From the sequence record OZ196593.1: a stretch of 64,000 bases of DNA; one strand, 5' to 3'. How positions within the stretch are numbered: position 1 is the first letter of the stretch; each line of letters opens with the position of its first letter. The position numbers and the translations under genes are program-made. Below, piece by piece: positions 61,889-64,000 of the stretch. The notes beneath the pieces were generated by a model that searched no databases, had not been told where the DNA came from, and was given only the letters and a program-made list of their open reading frames with translations.

Positions 61889-62315
61889 TGTCAGTTTATC
61901 TAATCGCAGCAAGCATCGTAATCGCTTTCCCGGCTCTTAAAGCTATCTTTTGTCTATTCAATTGGCACACGTGGGACTATAAGAAAGGCGGGCATCGCGA
62001 ATGTCGTTGGTGCAAGAAGTCGCAATCACGCGTACGTATTGGTAAAGATCAGGGGTGGCACTAATGGTTAATGCAGCAGAACGACTCAATCTAATTGCAT
62101 TGTGTAAAGACCGATGCACGTACAATCTAAAATATGCTTGTCATATGTTCGAAGAGCATGGCTTTGAATTCTATTGTATGGATAAGCCGCTCGTTGGCGA
62201 TGAAATTAACAGCGTGACCTTTCTATACAAAGGCATCATGGCTCAGATTACGCCAAACACGTACTTCGGTTGTACAGTGAACATCTTGACCGATGAACAT
62301 GGTATTTTAAAATAA
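61888..62315 (+). other. Small CDS 61888-62064 (TM plus C..H...CxxC) and 62055-62315
   Basis: Translated by eye or from the track. Confidence 0.6.
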
Positions 62316-62329
62316 TTTAAATAAAGTGG

Positions 62330-62358
62330 TTTACAAGGTCTGCGGATGGCTGTAATAT
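62330..62358 (+). promoter_or_regulatory. sigma70-type early promoter
   Basis: TTTACA-17-TAATAT; leader CATCGAAACGAAAC...GAGAGAACATTACATG. Confidence 0.85.
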
Positions 62359-62410
62359 TCTCTACATCGAAACGAAACACACAAATCGACTACTAAAGAG
62401 AGAACATTAC

Positions 62411-63415
62411 ATGCAAGCAATCATCACTAACGCACTTTACCGCAAAACAGAAATCAACGGCACATTCACTCTTATCGAAAAATGTTGGAATTCGTCTGAC
62501 GCTGGTGAGAAGAACGGTCGTATGAAAATCATGTTAGACGGTGCTGTTCGCACGATTCGAGTGAACAAAGAAGATGTACAGTACGTTGATGAAGCTGACG
62601 CGTCTCAAACACCAGTAGCTGCACTAGCGCCTGTAGTTGTTCAAGAAACGACTGAAGAAATCGCAGACCGCATCATTGAAGCGTTCGACGCAATGGACAT
62701 CTTCACGGTTGGTGCTATCGCAGGTCACGTTAAGTCACTTATCATTTCTGGCGCAGCAGGTGTTGGTAAAACATTCACTCTAGAGCGTGAACTAAAAGCA
62801 GCAGAAGCACGCGGTGACATCAACTTCAAGAAAGTAGCAGGTACTTGTTCTGGCATCGGTCTTTTCACTAAACTTTGGGAATGTCGCGGTCCAAATGATG
62901 TTCTACTACTAGACGACGTAGACGTTTTCAAAGACGAAGATCAAATGAACACTCTAAAAGCTGCACTAGATACTGGCGAAGAGCGTTGGGTTTCTTGGGC
63001 AAAAGCAAGCTCTTACCTAGAAGAGCAAGGCATCGACAAAGAATTCTTGTTTGAAGGTACTGTAATCTTTATCTCAAACAAAGACTTTGACCGCGAACTA
63101 GCAGCGAACACTAAGCTTTCTCCACACTTCGAAGCTTTAATCTCGCGCTCAATCTACCTTGACCTTGGTGTTCACACTAAAGAAGAAATCATGGTACGCA
63201 TTAAGCAAGTAGTTTCTGCTTCAACTATGCTAGAAGATCTTGGTCTAGTTACTGAACAAATCGTAGACATGCTAACGTGGATCGAGTCTCACATCTTCGA
63301 ATTGCGTTCACTTTCTCTTCGTACTTGTTTACACATCGCTGATATGATGTTAACCTCTCCTACGAAGTGGAAATCACTTGCTAAGATGACTATGCTTACA
63401 AAGAAGCGTAAATAG
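62411..63415 (+). CDS. P-loop (AAA+-like) ATPase with small N-terminal domain
   Basis: Walker A GAAGVGKT, Walker B LLLDDVD, IFISN, ALISRS. Confidence 0.85.
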   Translation: MQAIITNALYRKTEINGTFTLIEKCWNSSDAGEKNGRMKIMLDGAVRTIRVNKEDVQYVDEADASQTPVAALAPVVVQETTEEIADRIIEAFDAMDIFTVGAIAGHVKSLIISGAAGVGKTFTLERELKAAEARGDINFKKVAGTCSGIGLFTKLWECRGPNDVLLLDDVDVFKDEDQMNTLKAALDTGEERWVSWAKASSYLEEQGIDKEFLFEGTVIFISNKDFDRELAANTKLSPHFEALISRSIYLDLGVHTKEEIMVRIKQVVSASTMLEDLGLVTEQIVDMLTWIESHIFELRSLSLRTCLHIADMMLTSPTKWKSLAKMTMLTKKRK

Positions 63416-63426
63416 ATTTTTAAACT

Positions 63427-63445
63427 GGGGCTTTCGAGCCCCTTT
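63427..63445 (+). terminator. UUCG intrinsic terminator
   Basis: GGGGCT-TTCG-AGCCCC-TTT. Confidence 0.8.
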
Positions 63446-63462
63446 GTCAACTGAGGAAAACG

Positions 63463-64000
63463 ATGGAGAGAAAACTTACAGATATTGTAAATGATGAAGC
63501 ACTTGAATATGCAATGTACACAATCGAGAATCGAGCTTTAGCAAATGGCGTTGATGGTTTGAAACCAGTTCAACGCTTTGTGCTTTATAGCGTTCTGCGC
63601 GACGCATCGACATCGTTTGATAAGGTAGCAGCACTCGGTAGCTCAGTTTCAAAGATTGGTTACAATCACGGTGAGACTTCAGCTCAAGACGCTCTAGCGT
63701 TAATGGCAGCTAACTGGAAAAACAACGTGTCGATTGTTGAGGGTCGTGGTAACTTCGGTTCACGAATGGTTCAAGAGCCCGCGAGTGCTCGTTACGTGTA
63801 CGCGAAGCTGCACGAAAACTTCAAGCAATACTTCAAAGATATTCACCTTGCACCAGAACACAAAGACGTTGAACACGTCCCACCGCAGTTCTACGTGCCC
63901 GTGATACCGACAATTCTATTGAATGGCGTGTTCGGTGTTGCGACCGGCTTTGCGTGTAACATTCTACCGCACGATCCGAAATGGGTTAAGAAAGCAGTTG
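63463..64000 (+). CDS. 52: DNA topoisomerase II medium subunit (T4 gp52-like), 5' partial
   Basis: Read by eye: EALEYAMYTIENRA, DGLKPVQR, YNHGE.S, GRGNFGSR, ASARY (catalytic Tyr). Confidence 0.95.
   Translation, partial: MERKLTDIVNDEALEYAMYTIENRALANGVDGLKPVQRFVLYSVLRDASTSFDKVAALGSSVSKIGYNHGETSAQDALALMAANWKNNVSIVEGRGNFGSRMVQEPASARYVYAKLHENFKQYFKDIHLAPEHKDVEHVPPQFYVPVIPTILLNGVFGVATGFACNILPHDPKWVKKAV

Overview
This is a 64-kb segment of a large lytic T4-like (Straboviridae-type) phage genome. The host is probably Vibrio or a related marine gammaproteobacterium; that is inferred from the KVP40-like NadR/PnuC/NadV set, T4-type gp52, nrdA/B/C, tk, denV and vs.1. Bases 1-38000 and 51000-54300 hold dense plus-strand arrays of small hypothetical early genes. 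These are punctuated by about 17 sigma70-type promoter cassettes sharing a leader (ATCGAAACG...GAGAGAACATTATG), seven of them with the -35 box inside a terminator hairpin. Five promoters carry near-consensus CRP boxes and a sixth a half-site. The most striking accessory system is a convergent 9.5-kb cluster (38048-47509). It has four paralogous radical-SAM enzymes with N-terminal Cys-rich domains, two GT8 and one GT-B glycosyltransferases, and an adhesin-like protein behind a perfect T4 late promoter. A second GT-B/small protein/radical-SAM module lies at 54360-56690. Next to the main cluster are a degenerate thymidylate-synthase-like gene, a PagP-like outer-membrane barrel, an LpxC deacetylase homologue and NadV. 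A GC-skew switch in a 585-bp gene-free gap (3887-4471) may mark an origin. No tRNA, rRNA, CRISPR array, intron or intein was seen. All family calls come from motif recognition by eye, not database searches.
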